Origin: Malacoraja senta | Lineage: Eukaryota | Reading direction: 5' to 3' | Length of the DNA stretch: 37,715 nucleotides | Assembly (NCBI GenBank): GCA_038087875.1 | Contig: JAXLNO010000381.1 | Span: 1-37,715 of the forward strand | Shown here: piece by piece, positions 1 through 11,075 of the stretch | How the letters are laid out: the number at the start of each line of letters is the position of its first letter | Position numbering within the stretch: position 1 is the stretch's first letter | Made by a program: the position numbers and the translations under genes | The notes under the pieces: model-generated | What the model saw: the letters and a program-made list of their open reading frames with translations, nothing else | What the model was told of the DNA's origin: nothing | Database searches by the model: none

Positions 1-850
1 CCCTAATTTGAGGAAGTACATTCTTGCTATTGAGGGAGTGCAGCGTAGGTTTACAAGGTTAATTCCCGGGATGGCAGGGCTGTCATATGCTGAGAGAATG
101 GAGCAGCTGGGCTTGTACACTCTGGAGTTTAGAAGGATGAGAGGGGATCTCATTGAAACATATAAGATTGTTAAGGGCTTGGACACGCTAGAGGCAGGAA
201 ACATGTTCCCGATGTTGGGGGAGTCCAGAACCAGGGGCCACAGTTTAAGAATAAGGAGTAAGCCATTTAGAACGGAGACGAGGAAACACTTTTTCTCACA
301 GAGAGTGGTGAGTCTGCGGAATTCTCTGCCTCAGAGGGCGGTAGAGGCGGGTTCTCTGGATGCTTTCAAGAGAGAGCTAGATAGGGCTCTTAGAAATAGC
401 AGAGTCAGGGGATATGGGGAGAAGGCAGGAACGGGATACTGATTGGGGATGATCAGCCATGATCACATTGAATGGCGTTGCTGGCTTGAAGGGCCGAATA
501 GAAACATAGAAACATAGAAACATAGAAAATAGGTGCAGGAGTAGGCCATTCGGCCCTTCGAGCCTGCACCGCCATTCAATATGATCATGGCTGATCATCC
601 AACTCAGTATCCTGTACCTGCTTTCTCTCCATACCCCCTGATCCCTTTAGCCACAAGGGCCACATCTAACTCCCTCTTAAATATAGCCAATGAACTGGCC
701 TCAACTACCTTCTGTGGCAGAGAATTCCAGAGTCACCACTCTCTGTGTGAAAAATGTTTTCCTCATCTCGGTCCTGAAAGATTTCCCCCTTATCCTTAAA
801 CTGTGACCCTTTGAATGGCCTACTCCTGCACCTATTGTCTATTGTCTATT
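1..850 (+). mobile_element. CR1-clade (HER1-like) LINE 3' fragment, interrupted at 499-811
   Basis: ORF 8-442 encodes the CR1 RT C-terminus (VQRRFTRLIPG...RRMRGDLIETYKI...TRGHSLRI...FFSQRVV). The 3' UTR resumes at 812 and ends in a (CTATTGT)n tail. Confidence 0.93.
499..811 (-). mobile_element. CR1 LINE 3' end nested in the preceding CR1
   Basis: (ATGTTTCT)n tail, read as AGAAACAT x3 on +. Reverse-complement CR1 3' UTR. Host GAAT appears on both sides. Confidence 0.9.
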
Positions 851-1049
851 GAAACGTCACCGATCTATGTTCTCCACAGATGCTGCCTGACCCACTGAGT
901 TACTCCAGTAACTCTGTGAAACGTCACCTATCCATGTTCTCCACAGATGCTGCCTGACCTGCTGAGTTACTCCAGCACTTTGTGAAACGTCACCTATCCA
1001 TGTTCTCCACAGGTGCTGCCTGACCCGCTGAGTTACTCCAGCACTTTGC
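851..1049 (+). repeat. Three tandem 66-67 bp copies of the Penelope-like pLTR 3' part
   Basis: Units start with GAAACGTCACC at 851, 918 and 984, and share CAGATGCTGCCTGACC.GCTGAGTTACTCCAG with the PLE end at 36053-36147. Confidence 0.88.
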
Positions 1050-1624
1050 ATTTCTAAAGAAGAGTGAAACAACTTAAGATGCAAGTCACTCCTCATTCAT
1101 TGAAGCAATGTGATTTGGCACTCAACAGGAGGATACCTCTAACATGCCCCAGGATAGCTCTCAATACACTGCCTTTATTGTATTTTTGTACATTTTGTGA
1201 TTTAGCAGAGCCAGCCAGATTGTTCCGATATCAATATGGTTAATACCTACACACAGGCAAAAGTCATAGTGAAGCCTGTTTTCAAACATATTCTTCCAGT
1301 ATTTCTGCAGACTTTCATTCTTACGACAAATTTAAGTGTTTTGGCTGCACTCGTATTACTCTTGGCAGAGAGCTCGAGTCTTTCATGAGTTCTGCCTTCA
1401 ATAAATAAACTGGCTGAGTTACAGTATACATACTACACTTGATTTTGGCAATTGACATCTGAGGACTTAAGTTTCACGGATGACAGCAGCTAAATTGGAG
1501 CGTGGCTGGGTGCGGGCATCGGATGGTGAAGGGGAGATCGAGTCGGGCACCTTGTCCCCAGGGGTAGACACGGTGCCAACCTTCAGCTGCCCGCCAAACA
1601 ACATGAATGAACTTTTGAATGGTT

Positions 1625-1930
1625 AAGAAAGAACTGCAGATGCTGGAAAAAAAAAATCGAAGGTAGACAAAAATGCTGGAGAAACTCAGCGGTTGAGGCA
1701 GCGTCTATGGAGCGAAGGAATAGGTGACGTTTCGGGTCGGGACCCTTCTTCAGACTGATGTGGAGGTGGGGGTGGGGGGGAGGTGGGAAGAAGAAAGGAA
1801 GAGGCGGAGACAGTTATCAGGGAAACAATAGTTCCCATTCCTTCTCTCCAGAGATGCTGCCTGTCCCACCGAGTAACTCCAGCATTATGTGTGTACATTC
1901 GGTGTAAACCAGCATCTGCAGTTCCTTCCT
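1625..1930. mobile_element. Inverted pair of Penelope-like pLTR units
   Basis: Minus unit at about 1625-1760 with an intact CTGAAGA-A-GGGTC..GACCC-GAAACGTC core (1724-1756), then a plus unit at about 1833-1930. Confidence 0.8.
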
Positions 1931-2006
1931 AAACAATAGTTAAACACCGCTTACAGCGACTGGCATGACCCCCAGAGCCAGGCACAAAGTGCTGGAGCAA
2001 CATTGC

Positions 2007-2292
2007 GGGTGGTAGAGTCGCTGCCTCACAGGGCCAGACACCCGGGTTCGATCCTAACTGCAGGTGCCGCCTGTACGGAGTTTGTACGTTCCCCCCGTGA
2101 CCCGCGTGGGTTTTCTCCAGGTGCTCCAGTTTCCAAGCACAGTTTCTTCGGAAGAAACGAAAGATCTCGGAGAAATCCCACGCAGGTCGCGAGGAGAACG
2201 TACATACTCTGTACAGACAGCACCCGTGGTCAGGATCGAACCTGTGTCTCTGGTGCCGTGTTGCAGCTGCTCTACCGCTGCGCCACCCTGCC
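2007..2292. mobile_element. Two HE1/V-SINE 5' halves in inverted orientation (+ 2007-2134, - 2155-2292)
   Basis: tRNA-like head with box B GGTTCGATCC and V-domain TGTACGGAGTTTGTACGTT...CGTGGGTTTTCTCC on each strand. Confidence 0.85.
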
Positions 2293-2829
2293 ACTCCTGG
2301 TTTTCCCTGGAATTGTTACGCTACAATGCTGAGTGCTACGTTCTGCACGCTGGTCTTTTTCTCTTTGTTTTACCCTTTGTACATACATGCATAGAAAATA
2401 GGTGCAGGAGGAGGCCATTCGGCCCTTCGAGCCTCCACTGCCGTTCAATGTGATCATGGCTGATCATCCACAATCAGTACCCCGTTCCTGCCTTCTCCCC
2501 ATATCCCTCAATTCCTTTTCCCACATGCGATTTTTCCAGCATCAGCAGTTCTTTCTTAAACATGAAACACTTTCAGATTTCTTTGTTTTACCTACCACTT
2601 ACTGAAGAAGAAATGTCAAAAGCAATGTTACCCTGAATAGCTGGTCTCATGTAAATCACATATTGAAGGAACGGCAGATGCTGGTTTAAATCGAAGATGG
2701 ACACAAACTGCTGGAGTAACTCAGCGGGACAAGCAGCATCTCTGGAGAGAAGGAATGGGTGACGTTTCAGTTAAGCGACCCTTCTTCAGTCTGAAGACCT
2801 GACCGTCGTCACCCATTCCTTCTCTCCAG

Positions 2830-2952
2830 AACTTAAGACAATCTACGACAGCCCAAATTGTCGCCACTGTCGCTGAATATTTTTCAACATGTTGAAAATT
2901 TTGCAGCAGTCGCCTGTAGTTGCCCAAAAAAATCGCATGTGGGATAGGCCCA
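2830..2952. mobile_element. Partial Harbinger-type MITE
   Basis: Degenerate right TIR TGTGGGATAGGCCC and internal palindrome TTTTCAACATGTTGAAAA (2881-2898). Confidence 0.6.
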
Positions 2953-3032
2953 TAAGTGTACAAGGATCGCTGGTCAGTGCGGACTCGATGGGCTGAAGGG
3001 CCTGTTTCTGCGCTGTATCTCTGAACTAAACT

Positions 3033-3201
3033 ATATGAATCCTAATATAAGCCTATTTATATTATATTATAAAATATAATATAATGTAATATAATATAAA
3101 ATAATATAATATAGGACTATTTATGTAATATAATATCATATAATATAATATAATATAATTTAATATAGTCCTAATTAGTCCTAATATAGAATATGTTAAT
3201 A

Positions 3202-3242
<41 letters not shown>

Positions 3243-3295
3243 GACTAATTGGACTATATTATAAAATATTAATATATAATCTATATTTAATTGTA
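3033..3295. repeat. AT-rich low-complexity tract with (TA)n
   Basis: ATATA/TAATA-rich sequence and a pure (TA)n run at about 3205-3239. Confidence 0.9.
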
Positions 3296-3426
3296 CAGAC
3301 AATAGACAATAGGTGCAGGAGTAGGCCATTTGGCCCTTCGAGCCAGCACCGCCATTCAATGTGATCATGGCTGATCATCCCCATTGTATATTTCTATACA
3401 AATATATTATAAGTATAAAGATTTAC

Positions 3427-3462
<36 letters not shown>

Positions 3463-3480
3463 TATATACACACACGTAAA

Positions 3481-4524
3481 TCTTTATACTTATAAATCTC
3501 TGACCTTGGATGTGTGTGTGTGTGTGCGATGTTCGTGTGCGTTTCACATCTAATCGTAAACAAGACGCGCTAACGGTGAAATTTTTACATATTCCGATAG
3601 AGATTACGTCGTGATGTCAAACATCGGCTTAACTGAAAATTTCATGCATTATTTCTCGAGTTATTTATGAAAATGTTCAAATATTTCAAATAACTTGGAA
3701 AATAAACTAGATGGTCTCGCTGATGATGTCACAATGGCCCTGCTCCTCACGGCCTGCTGCCCTATGTTCCACGCGCAGCAAATGACGTCACCCCCCTCCC
3801 CCTCACCCCTCCCTCCCTCCCCGGTTCTTCAAAAGACGCAGAAAGAACGAGCAAGTGGGCTTCCGAGGTCACGAGCGCTGCACGCTCACACCTCGGCTCG
3901 GGTTTCTCTCGGCTCCTCGGCTGCCACTTCTCTCCTCCCCCCGGGCTCTCTCTTCCCCCCCACCCTGGCCTCTCTCCCCCGGGCCTCTCTTTCACCACCC
4001 CCCCGGGCCTCTCTTCCACCCACCCCTCTTCCCCCACCTCTCCCCCCCTCCTCTCCCCTCTACCTCTCTCACCCCCTCTCTCCCCCTCCTCTCTCTTCCC
4101 CCTTCTCCCTCCCTCCCTCCCCCCTCTCTGCCCCCTCTCCCCCTCTCTTTCCCCCCTCCTCTCCCCTCTACCCCTCTCACCCACTCCCTCCCACCCTCCC
4201 CCCTCTCTCCCCCTCCCCTCTCTCACACCTCCTCTTTTCCCCCCTCCTCTCTCTTCCCCCTCCACCCTCCCTCCTATCTCCCCCCTCTCTTTCCCCCTTC
4301 CTCTCCCCACTTCCTCTCTCCCCCCCTCCTCTCTCCCCTCTCTCTCTCCCCTCCTCTCTCTCCCCCCCCCTCTCTCTCCCCCCTCTCTCTCTCCCCTCCT
4401 CTCTCTCTCCCCCTCCTCTCTCTCCCCCTCTTCCCCCACCCCCTCCCCCCCACTCTCACCCCCCCCCTCTCCCCCTCCCATGCTCGTTGAGGGAACGGGA
4501 CCCAACGGGTCCTCCTTGGTCTAG
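3481..4524 (+). mobile_element. Non-autonomous Helitron
   Basis: Starts A|TCTTTATACTTATAAA, with (TG)n near the 5' end. 3' hairpin GGACCC-AAC-GGGTCC (4498-4512) lies 8 nt before CTAG|T (4521-4524). No TSD; A/T target. Confidence 0.75.
3925..4480. repeat. About 550-bp polypyrimidine (CCT/CT) tract
   Basis: Almost exclusively C/T on +. It generates the spurious Pro/Ser and Gly/Glu/Arg ORFs. Confidence 0.95.
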
Positions 4525-5085
4525 TATTATATATAAATTGATATAAATAGTTCTCAATGTTGTTTATGAACTCAACAGATGTAATAATAGTGAGAGGAGC
4601 CAGGCAATATTTCCAGTCACTCCGCATTTGCAAGTATGTTTGGATAATATTTTGCATCATAACATATATTTGCGAAGGAAATCAAATGCCTTTCATTATT
4701 TGCTTGACTTTCCCAGTCTTCAGCCTCACACTTGCCGCATCATCTCTCATCGTTGCCTTCTTCTCTCATTATTTTTCTGGCTTTCATCTCGTTCGCTGTT
4801 GCAGTCAGTGCTCCAGGCGCTGGTCGACAGGCCTGCTGCCCTCCTTCAGCTGAGAAGGTGAGGCGAGGCGAGGCGCGGCAGGCATCGATGCCCGTCAATA
4901 ATACCTGCTGCCAAGAGGCAAGAGGCAAGAGGTGTCGTCTCCTCTCCCCCGGTTGCCCGGCTATCCCTGGTGATGCCGTGCCGCACCACACCATGGAGCC
5001 ACCGTCCTGCTTCTTCTTGGCCACGGACTAGACAGGGAAGAACATTTGAAGTACAAAAGCCACAGAGAGACAGACGCTGCTTCTC

Positions 5086-5562
5086 ATAATAATAATAATA
5101 ATAATATTTAATAATAATAATATTATAATTTTATTGCCATTGCACATATGTGCAACAAGATTTGGTATGCGGCTTCCATCCGATGTCATAACTTAAACAA
5201 CTAATAACATTTAGATTTAGATACCCCGAGAAACATGATTTATAAAAAGAACAGTAAAACAGTCAAAACAGTCTAAAGTGCAAATGTGTCTGTGCCGGTC
5301 GATCCGAGGGGGACAGTTCATGGGGGTGGGGGTGGGGGGCACTCAGCAGGGCCGGTTCAGAGCAGCTATAGCTCTGGGGATGAAGCTGTTCCTGAGTGTG
5401 GAGGTGCGGGCGTAGAAGGCCTTGTAACGTCTGCCGGAAGGTTGGAGTTCGATCACTCTATTACAAGGGTGTGGAGGAGTCTTTGTGGATGCCGACGGCC
5501 TTCCTGAGGCACCGTGTGTAGTAGATGCCCTCCAAGGTTGGTAGCTGTGTCCCAATCAATCT
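5086..5562 (-). mobile_element. Rex1/Babar-type LINE 3' end
   Basis: Translation PSGRRYKAFYARTSTLRNSFIPRAIAALN matches the Rex1/Babar C-terminal motif. Ends in AATAAA and a (TTA)n tail. Confidence 0.75.
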
Positions 5563-5761
5563 CCGCATCATGTGAACTGCAAGGGGGGGGGACACACACA
5601 CACGCACACACACACACACACACGCGTGGTTCCTGCCTCTTCACTCAAGTTTACAATCAATAGCTTGGACTTAAAACTTGTTTGGAAAAGTAAGTGGAAG
5701 AAAAGTAAACTTTAGCTGTATCTGGGAGCCCGCTGAGAGTAACAAAAGAAACAGGTTGAGT

Positions 5762-6420
5762 CCAGTTTAGTTTAGGGTCACGCGGGTGCCGAGGTACAGT
5801 GAAAGCTTTTGTTGCGTGCTAACCAGTCAGCGGAAAGAACCAGTCTGAAGAAAGGTCACCTATTCCTTTTCTCCAGAGATGCTGCCTGACCCGCTGATTT
5901 ACTCCAGCTTTCTGTGTCTATCAGTGGGAAGACGATATAATCCAATACAATCGAGCCATTTACAGAGTACAGATGCATGATCAAGTCCAATTGATGGGGC
6001 TGTTCCACTGTACGAGCTAATTCAAGACTTCTCCCGAGTTTCCCCTGATTCGAACTCGGAGATTTATGGTAATGGCCGCTCGTAGGTACTCGGGGCTCTC
6101 GTGGACATTTTTCAACATGTTGAAAAATCTTCACGAGTCTTCCCGAGCTTACCGCGTTTCCCGAGTACCTGTCGTTAGCGTTATGAGCCGCTAAGAGTCG
6201 TCCCCGAGCTCCGACGTACCCGCTACGTACATTCTACGTGCTTACCACGAGTTTGATTTTTTTTAAAACTCGGGAGAGCTCTTGGATGAACTCGTACAGT
6301 GGGACAGGCCCTTCAAGATAGTCCAAGGGTCACCAATGAGGTGGAGAGTAGGTCAGGACCGCTCTCTAGTTGTGGTAGGATGGTTCAGTTGCCTGATAAC
6401 AGCTGGAAAGGAACTGCAGT
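5762..6420 (-). mobile_element. Rex1/Babar-like 3' UTR fragment interrupted by a pLTR unit (about 5842-5922) and a MITE
   Basis: Reverse complement of the family seen at 34235-34512, with a (CTAAA)n-like tail. Confidence 0.65.
5995..6312. mobile_element. PIF/Harbinger MITE
   Basis: TIRs GGGGCTGTTCCACTGTACGAG / CTCGTACAGTGGGACAGGCCCT; 22-bp internal palindrome at 6107-6128. Confidence 0.82.
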
Positions 6421-6618
6421 CAAAAGGGAAGGTGTAGATACAAGGAACTGCAGGTGCTGGTTTACAGAAAACCCCCCACAAAGTGCTGGAGTAACTCAGC
6501 GGGTCAAGTTTGTCTCAGCAAACTGAAGCTGAATTGGTGTTTCATGAGGATGATTTGAATTCATGATTAGTCATTCTATTTGCAAAGCAGAATCGAGCCA
6601 TCCACAGTGTACAGAAGA

Positions 6619-8246
6619 CTCCACTATTGGGCAGTCAATGTTCATTATTTAACATTTTGGACAAAAGATTTAGAAGATACCCAATGCCCTAGAACGTGAT
6701 TCCTTACAAGGGCTATCATTGGCTTCTATTCTAGGGGCCTCGTTACCTTTTACAATTACGAGATTGAATAAATATACGACGAACCCAATAATAAGACATA
6801 CGTTCCGAATATGGTTTCAATTTCATACGTTTTTTGGACTAATTGATTTTCTCTTATCGAGTCCTATTTTATCAAATATTCTCTTCCAACCATCTAGTAC
6901 TGATCAAGTTTTTTTGTTATGGAAGAGGAAGGGATTAGTAGCTTTTCGTGATTTGTTTTTGGAGAGTTGTTTTATGTCTTTCGAACAACTCTCCAATAAA
7001 TATAACTTTTTAAGATATTTACAAATTAGACATTTTTTGAAGGCTACTCTACCCCTTTTTCCGCTACCACATCAACCCGAAATTTTTTAATTTTTTTTAC
7101 AGTTGAACCCTTATCAGAAAGGATTAATAACGACTATTTATGAGTTGATTTTGAAATTACAAATAGATACATTTGATAACATTAAGAATGACTGGGAAAG
7201 AGAACTTCAAATTTCGTTATCTATAGAGAAATGGGAGAGGATTCTTCAATTAGTTAATACCTCGTCAATGTGTGCAAGACACGCTTTGATACAATTCAAG
7301 GTGGTCCACAGAGCTCATATGTCAAAAGATAAGTTCGCTCGTTTTTATGGTCATATAAATCCTACCTGTGACAGATGTAACTCTGAAGTGGCCTCATTGA
7401 CCCATATGTTTTGGTCCTGCCCTCTTTTGGAAAAATATTGGAAATTAATTTTTGATACTATTTCTGTAGTCTTAGGTATAGATTTACAACCTCATCCTAT
7501 TACTGCAATTTTTGGGGTTACCAATGTTAGATTCTATTCATTTGTCCCGCTCCGCCCATCGGTTGATTGCTTTTACCACATTAATTGCCAGAAGATTTAT
7601 TTTATTTAAATGGAAAGATTCCAACCCTCCGACCACACTCCAGTGGTATTCTGAAACGATATCATGTTTAAATTTAGAAAAAAATCAGTAGTGACATTGT
7701 TGAACCCTTGGTTAAATTCAATAAGACTTGGGGAAAATTTATTGAACACTTTCATACAACATAAATTGTTCCCTCTTTAACCGTTATAAAAATTATTTTA
7801 CCTTCATAGGGTGGAACGGACTTGACGACAAACAGACTTAAATTGTTGAATTTCTCAGTTCAGATTCGGTTTTGCTCTGTTTAAAAAAAAAAAATATTGA
7901 ATTTTTATTCTTATTTTATTATCATCAATTTTATTTATTTTTTTAGTTTAGGGGGGTTTTGTTTTTTCTTTTTCTTTTTGTCTTTTTATCTTTGCTTTTA
8001 TTTACATTTATAAGTTTCCTTTTAAAGATTTAACTATATTTACCTAGAGACCGGGAGGTCTATATTCATTGTGTATTTTGACACTGGTCTCATATTAGGT
8101 TATACCTGTTATTAATGTGATCCTGATCCCTATGTATCAATACCATTATTATGTTTATCATTACTCTTTTTGCTCTGTTTTTTTATGTTTTATTTTAGTT
8201 TTTGTTTTTTGGAAAAAAAACAATAAAAATATTTTTTTTAAATGAA
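6619..8246 (+). mobile_element. L1-clade LINE, 5'-truncated and frameshifted
   Basis: ORFs 6719-7090 and 7103-7609 carry L1 ORF2 C-terminal motifs (IQFKVVHR, CDRC...HMFWSC zinc knuckle). T-rich 3' UTR, AATAAA at 8222, candidate TSD AGAAGA (6613-6618 / 8247-8252). Confidence 0.88.
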
Positions 8247-8302
8247 AGAAGATACATGATAAAAGGGATAAAAGGATATCTTGCACGTTTAGTGCAAGAT
8301 AA

Positions 8303-8782
8303 AGGGGATGTCCCACTGCGGTGACCTAATTGGCGAGTTTAGAAGAGTTTAGGAGAGTTTGAAAAAATGTCATGTTGAAGACCAGCTTCGACTAACTTTG
8401 GGAAAATTGGACACCGAATAGTGGAGAGTGAAGACGACCTCCTTTGATCTCCCTTCGACCTCCCTTTGACTATGATGAAGACTATCTACCTTCGACTACC
8501 TTCGACTACCCTCGATTACCTACGACTAACATGCCGACCTACTACGACCTACTTCGACTAAACCTACGAGTAAAAAAAGTATAGATTTTTTTCCATGACG
8601 ATCTTTTTTTACTCGCGGGCATTTTTCAACATGTTGAAAACTACGCCGCGACCTAGCTGAGGCCTCGAGTACGCGGGGACTACTCTCGAGCATGAAGGAG
8701 AGTTACAAAGACCTCCCAGGACCTCGTGTCGACCATGCTGCGAGTATGAGTCGAGGGCAAACTCATCAGTGGGACAGCCCTT
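8303..8782. mobile_element. PIF/Harbinger MITE
   Basis: TIRs AGGGGATGTCCCACT / AGTGGGACAGCCCTT; internal (CTTCGACTAC)-like short repeats; palindrome at 8623-8640. Confidence 0.82.
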
Positions 8783-8811
8783 CAAAGTCCAGCACAGTCC
8801 GATCAAAATGT

Positions 8812-9245
8812 GAAAACGACATATCAACAGATTCAGAGACAGTTTCTTCCCAACTGTTCTCAGGCAACTGAACCATCCTACCAACAACGAGGGAGCGGTC
8901 CAGAGCTACGATCTATCTCATTGGAGACCCTCGGACTATCTTCAATTGGACTTTACTGGACTTAACCTGGCACTAAACGGTACTTCATTTCTCATGCATC
9001 TGTACCATGTGGACGGCTCGATTGTAATCAGGTTTAGTCTTTCCACTGACTGGTTAGCACATAATCAGTACAGGTGTTAGGGGTTATGGGGAGAAGGCAG
9101 GAGAATGGGGTTGAGAGGGAAAGATAGATCAGCCGTGATTGAATGAAGGACTAGGCTTGATGGGCCAATCGGCCTCATTCTCCTCCTATCACTTATGAAC
9201 AACAAAAAGCTTTTCACCGTGTATGTGACAATAAACTAACCTAAA
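8812..9245 (+). mobile_element. Rex1/Babar-like 3' end containing a CR1 3' fragment (about 9068-9200)
   Basis: INRFRDSFFPTVLRQLN motif, ending GTGACAATAAACTAA. Confidence 0.65.
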
Positions 9246-9333
9246 ATTTAAATGTTATCTTCATGTTCTATTAATGACAAAAGTTAGGTTCTATTGATGA
9301 CAAGTTTGAGTAACTGGACACCACCTGATGTTA

Positions 9334-9459
9334 AGGGCCTGTCCCACTGACGCAACTTTTCAGCGACTGTCTTCGACCTTCCAGCTCGAGGGCACTCTCC
9401 TGAAAAACCTCGAGCTGGGTCGACCATCAGCGATGAAACTGCGAGTCGGATCGATCGAC

Positions 9460-9498
<39 letters not shown>

Positions 9499-10164
9499 AC
9501 ACATACACACACACACACAAACACATCGCAAAGGCGGGGGCCAGGGAAAGTGGGGGAGCGCTGTCTGAAATTCACACCCGCGATGAACAGGAAAGTAAAA
9601 GACAGCTGATACAATGTACGGTAAGTCCTTTAGAGAGCGTGGAGAGGGGGGGGAGAGAAGGGGAGAGAGGGGAGAGAAGGGGAGAGAGGGGTAGAGAAGG
9701 GGAGAGAAGGGGAGAGAATGGGGGGAGAAGGAGGGTGGGGGAGAAGGAGTGGAGACACTTTTAAGAAGCCAGACAACGTTTAATAAAGTTTAGCGGGCAT
9801 TAAACATTTTTACTGGGTCCTGAAAACTCCAATGAGCCAATTAAAATGCCCGGTCAGAGAAGGAGATTGCCTACGGTTGCCCTTGACTGCCTGTAACTAC
9901 ATAGCGACCTCACTCCACTGCACTACAAGTTCAAAAGAACCATGCCGACCAATTTTTACTCGCGTAAAATTTTTCAACATGCTGAAAATCTTTCCTCGAC
10001 CAAACTGAGGCCGCGACTATTCGGGAACTTCCCTCGAGCATGAAGGAGAGTTCCAGTGACCTCATAGGACCTCCTAGGACCACGTGTTGACCATGCAGCG
10101 AGTTTGAGTCATGGGCAAACTCTTCTAAACTCACAGATTAGCTCGCCACAGTGGGACAGGCCCT
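9334..10164 (+). mobile_element. PIF/Harbinger MITE, about 830 bp
   Basis: Perfect 15-bp TIR AGGGCCTGTCCCACT / AGTGGGACAGGCCCT with TTA TSD on both sides. Internal (CA)n and GGGGAGAGAA repeats. Confidence 0.92.
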
Positions 10165-10167
10165 TTA

Positions 10168-10520
10168 GGCAGACAGAAATTCTGGAGAAACTCAGCGGGT
10201 GAGGCAGCATCGATGGAGCAAAGGAATAGGCGACGTTTCAGGTCGAGACCCTTCTTCAGACTGATGTGGGGGGGGGGCGGGCACTTCCGGGCGGAGCACC
10301 AAGGCAGATTCCTTGTATGTGAATACTTGGCCAATAAACGTATTCATTTATTCATGAACACAGCACTTATAGATAACACATGGTCTGAAGGGTCTGAGGA
10401 AAGGGTCTCGACCAAAAATGTCACTCATCCTTTATCTCCAGAGATGTTACCTGACCCGTTGAATTACTCCAGCACTTTGCGTCTATATTTGGTATAAACC
10501 GGAACCCGCAGTTCTTTGCT
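10168..10520. mobile_element. Inverted pair of Penelope-like pLTR units
   Basis: Minus unit with intact core at 10230-10262; degenerate plus unit at about 10383-10520. Confidence 0.7.
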
Positions 10521-10660
10521 TCTGCCCTTCACACTAGTTCCATGTTATCCCATTTTCGCATCCACTCCCTACACACAAGAGGCTATTTACAGAGGGCCAA
10601 TTAACCTACAATACCGCACGTCTTTGGGACGTGGGAGGAAACCCTGCGGTCACAGGGAGA

Positions 10661-11075
10661 CTGGAATTTAGAAGGATGAAAGGGTAATTTATTGAAACAT
10701 ATAAGATTGTTAAGGGTTTGGACATACCAGAGGCAGGAAAACATGTTCCAGATGTTGGGGAAAGTCCAGAACCAGGGGCCACAGTTTAAGAATAAGGGGT
10801 TAGCCATTTCGAACGGAGATGAGGAAAACCCTTTTTCACAGAGAGAGTGGTGAGTCTGTGGAATTCTCTGCCTCAGAGGGCGGTGGAGGCGGGTTCTCTG
10901 GATACTTTCAAGAGAGAGCTAGATAAGGCTCTTAAAGATAGCGGAGTCAGGGGATATGGGGAGAAGGCAGGAACGGGGTACTGATTGGGGATGATCAGCC
11001 ATGATCACATTGATTGTCGGTACTGGCTCGAAGGGCCGAATGGCCTACTCCTGCACCTATTGTCTATTGTGTATT
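10661..11075 (+). mobile_element. CR1 LINE 3' fragment
   Basis: Highly similar to 122-498, with a CTATTGT tail. It interrupts a minus-strand V-SINE (about 10530-10660 and 11078-11150). Confidence 0.9.

Noticed and set aside
851..1049. CRISPR-like array
   Set aside because: Contiguous tandem repeats without unique spacers, in a eukaryotic context with no cas genes.
3695..4546. 283-aa Pro/Ser-rich ORF and overlapping Gly/Glu/Arg ORFs
   Set aside because: Artefacts of the stop-poor CT tract; open in several frames on both strands.
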